A stretch of 64,000 bases of DNA, taken from contig OZ024740.1 of assembly GCA_964016885.1 (NCBI GenBank), positions 350,796,001 to 350,860,000 of the forward strand, read 5' to 3'. A program made the position numbers and the translations under genes. Each line of letters opens with the position of its first letter. Position 1 is the stretch's first letter. Below the pieces are notes generated by a model. It saw only the letters and a program-made list of their open reading frames with translations, searched no databases and was not told the DNA's origin. This document shows, one piece after another, positions 57,601-64,000 of this stretch. The stretch comes from Eledone cirrhosa (taxonomy: Eukaryota).

Positions 57601-58412
57601 CCAATAACAATAATAGGTGAGGTAAAGCATGATAGAGAGTACAACGTTTATGAGAACTAATTTGATGGTGGCAGTATTTCGAATCGCTTTCGTTTAATTT
57701 GTAACGTTGTCGTGCTGTATACAACAAAGACGGTTTCAACTTTGGTGGGCTGTCTTCCACTTTTATATTTACGTCAGAGTTTTTCATATTTTCGAATAGG
57801 CCTCTTGCAATTCATTCACAGAAATAAAGTTACTAAATCCTTCGTCTACGTTTCTAGATATTCCCAGTCTTATATTCAGAATGTGAAATGCTGTTGTCTT
57901 TTGTACTATTTCTAACAGGGCCCTTTTAGAAAGCAGAATGCTACGACAAAATATATGCTTGTACATATTAGCGAGTGTTATCAACTCATGGAAACAGGAA
58001 ATTGATAAATATCAGGTGTATATCTCTTTTCAGAATTATTCTGAAAGGGCTTAATGATAGCTGCCTGGATTTTGTACATCTCAGCTGTAAGAGTAATAAA
58101 GTAAAAATCCTCTAAATCTATATTTCTTTTAGATATTCGCTCCATCAAACAAACAATAATAACGTGTAAGATATTATTCAAGCGACGTATCGTCCTTGAA
58201 CTGTCAAATATGTCCGCATACTGCACATAATCATTTTGACATAAACTATGTTGTTTGTGTTGCCTTTCTGGAGAAGCAAAGATTTTCTTAAAAGTATTTT
58301 CTATAGAAACGCAGAATTAGCATTTTCCAAAAATCAGAACATCGATTGCTCTACTTTAGCTAGTTTCATTTCTTAAAAAGCTAACTTACAACCATTATAT
58401 TTGCAATAAATA

Positions 58413-58604
58413 GGGCGGCGGATTGGCAGTATCGGTAGAGGGTCGGACGCCATGCTTTCCAGCATAGTTACGTCCCTTTATGATCTGAGTTCAAATCCCA
58501 CCGAGGTTAACTTTGCTTTTCATCCTTAAGGGGTCGATAAAATAAAAGTACCAGTAATGCACTGGGATAATTGCTGGCCTTGTGCCTAAAGTAGAAACAA
58601 TTAT
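58413..58604 (+). mobile_element. tRNA-derived SINE, full-length
   Basis: A-box-like tggcagtatcgg, B-box gagttcaaatccc, tail gtagaaacaattat. Confidence 0.88.
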
Positions 58605-59125
58605 ATTTACAATAAAAATTGAAAAGGTTTACCGAGAAATTCTGATGTTATAAAAGGTGAAATTGTTAGATGTTTGTTAATCAATCACTTGAAAATGAAA
58701 TACTATTTTAAATAGATGTGAGGCACACAGAAAATTGACCGACCAATTAACTGTAAATATTTTCGCTAGTATATATTCCGTTTAGTTTCAGGATCACCAC
58801 GTTAATAGATGCTGGAATAGAACAGTATTGCATTATTTCGTTACTAATTTTAGCTTTTCGATTTCGGCCACCTCCAAGACTAAGCATCGATTCTTCGATC
58901 TTTGTTTCTTTTCTGGTACTTAAGATGAAAAGGATAACGTTGAACGGCTTATAAAGGGTTGTAACTGATGTAGAATGGAATATCGTAAAGTATTTGTTCG
59001 ACGCAGTGACTATTACTTCGAAGTCAATATATATATATCTGTGTGTATGTGTGTGTATGTGTGTGGAAGTTGTATCTGCTTGCTTGTGTGTGTGTCTATG
59101 TGCGTATGTATGTATATATCTACGC

Positions 59126-59239
<114 letters not shown>

Positions 59240-61789
59240 CGTGCGTGTGTCTGTGGTGTTTAAAATCTAAAAACATGAAGCAATGAAGATAACATCAACT
59301 AATCTAAACGAAATACAATACGGATGAGAGTAGATCTCGCCTTTAAAGCAAATTAGTGAGAATTACGGATATATTTCGGTCTTGTTAGAACAGCAACGTA
59401 CATGCAGTTTAATTGAAAATAGTTCGAGCACAATGTATTCTCTAACTATTGACCATTTATGGGCTGGAACAAAGCAACAGTGGGTATTGGTATAAAAGAG
59501 ACTCATTGGCAGCATGGACACACAATATATACAACATCTATATACCCTTCATTTCCCACCAAGAATATATATTTTCTTCGGTTTGTGAGCAAATTCCAAC
59601 TGAATTGAAATGGAATTATTTCTGTAAAACGAGAATATAAATAATGTGCATGTATGTTTGTTTATGTATGCGCGCGCGTGTGTGTGTTGTGTGTGTGTGA
59701 GCGCATGTGTATGTATAAACGTTGGAATTCACAGTTTTATCTACCAGATTTTACTTACAAACTTTTTTAGATAGCCATTGCTTACTAATCATTGTCTTGT
59801 CTACATCCTTCCCCCTCCTCCCTTCATTCTGTCAGTAACATGGTTCTTCTTTAGTAACTTGTGATTCATTTGTTTATTCATTATTTTTACTTTACCATGG
59901 AGATATAGATAAAAGTATAGTTAATATTATAATCAAATATGCTAAAATTCATTTTATAACATTCCTGCCAACGTGTTTGAGAAATTATTCACCATCAGTG
60001 TAGCTTGACAGATTTTAAATTCTTTGACAGTCATATTAGAAGAGAAGGAAAACGTGTGAGAGACAAATACATTGACACAGCTACATATTTACAATAATTC
60101 AGGTAGATGGCGCTCGCTGTACTTAATCACACTTTTTTATTCTTTATATTTCAATTAATTTAAATTTGCCTCACAGCTGGAAAAGGAAAACAAAACCAAA
60201 GTGGAAATTATTAGCAACTTTCAAAGTAATGGGGCGGCAATTTCAAGAAATTACGAATTAATTTCGCAGAAAATTGAATTTTCATGCTTTGGGGAAAATC
60301 TGATCTCTCTTAGTAGGCAGCCTGTAATTAAAATGAAACGTGTTATCAGAATTAAAACAAAGTTGCTTTAATAATGTAGTACACATACTCTTTTTATAGC
60401 ACATTATGCTTCATGATTCACTGACTAGTATTAGCTTAATGTTTTATTTCGAAGTGTTCAGTAGGTTTTTATTATGTAATTCAACGTTTAACTTAGGAAT
60501 GAAGTCTGGGTGATTTAGTGAAGATGAATAATTATTTATTCATTTTAATTGCTTAGTCAGAGGAGGAATGGCAGATTTTATTACCTCCAATGACCTTTTC
60601 ATGACTTCTGAGGCTGGTAAAGTGGGTGCAGAAACTACGACTCATAGAGTCTAATAGTAAGAAGTATTCTACCAAGATTTTCAGTTATATTACATAGGAA
60701 TGGAAAGCTATTTCAAATGCTTGCAACAGTGAAGACTCTACTAAAAGCATACAAGGTATAGATAGTTACGTTAAACTGGGTTTTAATACGCCAATATCCA
60801 TAGCTAATTCCTTGACTTCATGATATGACTGTATGTCTGATTAAGGACAATGAAACTACTGTTTAGTTCAAAGTCTTGTAGGTTTATGACTAAAGAATTG
60901 AATGGCTAGGAATAAATTCCAGAAAGATGGATTAAAAATACTTAATTATGAATGGTCACAATTATTCGACAATCTTCTCATTGTATTTAAGCATTGCAAG
61001 AGCAACACTGGCGCCCCCGTGTATATCCAGAGTGGTAGATACGCAGAACTTCTAAAAAAGGAATGGAATATCACGAATAAAATGTTTTTGCTAAGAGTAA
61101 TCCTGTATTTAAACAACGTCAAAAACAAGGATGATGACGATAACAAAAACACCAAAAAAGTTCCACAAGGCGGATTATCCAACCAACCGTACTTAGCAAA
61201 CCATTGTATATAACGAATCAAAACACACGTCCTTTTTGTACGAAGGGAGAAATCTTTTGTGCTCAACAGTGAGAGTAACTCTCTGAACTTTTTCCATCCT
61301 ATCCTTATTCTAGCTATTATGCTCTATACATTGTACATGCTGTACATGCCTTAACTAACACTGTACATGCCTTAACTAGAACGTACACAAATCTGAACCA
61401 ACCTTACGAGTATGCCATCCACGTTAAACAAACGCAAATCCTAATCTTACAGTCAACCTCTTCCACCAGATACTTACTACAAAAGTCATCAATTTAATTC
61501 AAACTTGTACTTCAATACAAACTATAATCCCCCCATTAACGATCAGCCTGTTCCAATTACTGGTATGATGACGACGGATATCAGCAGATTGCAAGCCGTC
61601 TTATATCGTAGTTTCTATATTTGTATTAAAAAGACATCCGTTAAGTGACAAATGATACTTATTCTTTAAAAATGGAATAGTAGGTAAGCCGACTGTTTTG
61701 TCCTAGTGCACCTCCTAAACTAAACGAACCTTTACATTGATTGATTAATAGAAAGAAAGTACGTTAGATAGATAGATAGATAGATAGAT

Positions 61790-61833
<44 letters not shown>

Positions 61834-63153
61834 AGAAATGGAGAGAGAGCGAGAGGGAGAGAGAGATAAACAGACGGACAGGTGACAGATAGATAGATAG
61901 ATAAATATACACTTTTCCTCTTCTCCTTGAATAATCCCTGAGCATGAGATGAGGCGAAGCTGGATAGCGTCATTTCTCTTAATTCATCCCTAATTCTATA
62001 GTTAGATTTTGGTGCATACCTTTGCCCTTCATCCTTACGGGGTCGATAAAATAAAATACCAGTAATGTACTGTAATAATTGCTGGCCTTGTGCCAAAAGT
62101 AGAAACAATTATTTCTGTTGTAAATTTATCTTCAATCTTAAGTAGTGGAGGCTTTAATTGTCCGATGAATCTGTATTACGTAAGATAAACTTCATTCAAA
62201 GTGGCCACTGGATCAGGTTTAATACTCTATTAATCTCTGGTATGGTACTGAGTTGTCATTTTTGCGTTTGTCAATACTAACTTGTATATATTCATCCAGA
62301 TAAAGTGACTAAGTTAAAATTTCGAAGTCACTGCGATTTTTATACTTACAAAATAAATTTCTACACTCTACATACTAGTGTTGAGTGCTGATTCAGTTAA
62401 TGCTTGGACGTTTTAAACAAGACGTGTGTTTTAAACACAAATTCTTATTTATACATATACGAATAAATGTTAAGAGAGGTTTGTGTAAATACATAATTAA
62501 TTTATTGTATATTGAGCAATAAATTTAACTATGTAAATACACACACATGAATTAACGTGTATTTATGTATGAGAGTGCATAAACATAAATATAAATTTAT
62601 ATCTACTACTTGAAGTATCGAGTACTTCATTGAGTTCGTGAATACCATAGTTCCTACGAACAAGCACATCCTAAAAAGTATGTATACATACAGACACACT
62701 TATAGACACACATATTCACAAACACTCTCTGATCAACATACACACAAACACACATGTATAATGTGTATACCTCCTTGTATCAACATCTGTGTGCGATTGT
62801 GTGTGTATGCATGTTTGAGATTGATCATGTGTGAGTGCCTATGTAACACAAATGTCACAAGACGTGGTACCATCTTCTGATTAGTGCCAGATCAAATCAA
62901 ATAAAAGTCGTTGCATGTCATTTTGTAATAGTTTGTATTAAAAAAGAAATCAGTGAAGTGACAAACGATATTTAGTGATTAAACATTTAATGGTACGATA
63001 ACCGACTTTTTCGATCTGGTACACCTCCTAAGCTACACACACCTTTAATACTAAGCTATCGGCGATGCCATAAACTTGGCTATTACACACAGGTTAATTG
63101 GCATATATATACATATAGAAGCACAAGCACACACACACACACATATATATATA

Positions 63154-63349
63154 ATATAATTGTTTCTACATTTGGCACAAGGCCAGAAATTACCCAGTGC
63201 ATTACTGGTACTTTATTTTATCGACCCCGTAAGGATGAAAGGCAAAGTTAACCTCGACGGGATTTGAACCCAGACCGTAAAGGGACATACATAACTATGC
63301 TGGAACACATGGCGTGCGACCGTCTACCGATACTGCCAATCCACCGCCC
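63154..63349 (-). mobile_element. tRNA-derived SINE, full-length
   Basis: Reverse-complement homologue of 58413-58604. Confidence 0.88.
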
Positions 63350-63708
63350 TTATGTTTATGAATAAACATTTTGAAAGCCTTCAGCTATGAATTTTGGAAA
63401 CAGATGTCGTAGCACCATCTAGCGGATTCCAGAAGAAGCAAGGGTAAGTAACTATCGACAACGATTATCGTTTCTGACTCTGGTCGTCATCAAGACAGTG
63501 TTCCTCTGCTGGAACTGAATATAGAAAACATATAGTTTTGACACCTATTTATATGAGTTGATTAGCCTCATTTGCATATAGAGTTGTCGGTCGACGTGGT
63601 CGGAAAATAGAATTAAAGTGTTTATTCATAAACATACCTTATATGATTAGTTATACAAAATACTCATACTTATATGTATACAGCTATGTTGGAGTGAACA
63701 CATTAATT

Positions 63709-63890
<182 letters not shown>

Positions 63891-64000
63891 AATATTTATA
63901 TTTATATATGTTTGATACAACTAGAAATATAGAGGGTAGTACTAAGTACTAGCCGATTACCGGTATGACAAAAGGCTCAATGCAAAATTTTCAAGTGTTT

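Noticed and set aside
57700-58350. Coding-like ORFs here and at 60902-61266
   Set aside because: No recognisable motifs; possibly decayed transposon sequence
58413-58505. tRNA genes
   Set aside because: The A/B boxes belong to SINE heads; no cloverleaf can be formed

Overview
AT-rich, microsatellite-dense eukaryotic DNA with no recognisable host gene. The SINE and LINE motifs resemble those of octopus-type cephalopods (inference only). Almost all short ORFs in the track are (TA)n/(CA)n/(GA)n artefacts. The real coding remnants are three different Penelope-like retroelements (PLEs; RT plus GIY-YIG, each with an inverted pseudo-LTR), an R4/Dong-type LINE RT and small CR1, L1/Tx1 and RTE-like scraps. 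There are also many copies of one tRNA-derived SINE, tandem Helitron-like elements, a probable solo LTR and a ~90-bp satellite. The main hidden signal is about 30 type I hammerhead ribozyme (HHR) motifs, complete, variant or half, from roughly 15 sequence families, all found and folded by eye. Most sit in short non-coding cassettes embedded in (TA)n tracts. These occur as fold-back hairpins whose breakpoints often fall in the catalytic core, or as head-to-tail 416-bp and 538-bp retrozyme-like units. Several carry non-canonical cores (CCGANGA, TTGAAAA, CTGCTGA) or long stem II insertions. Activity is untested.
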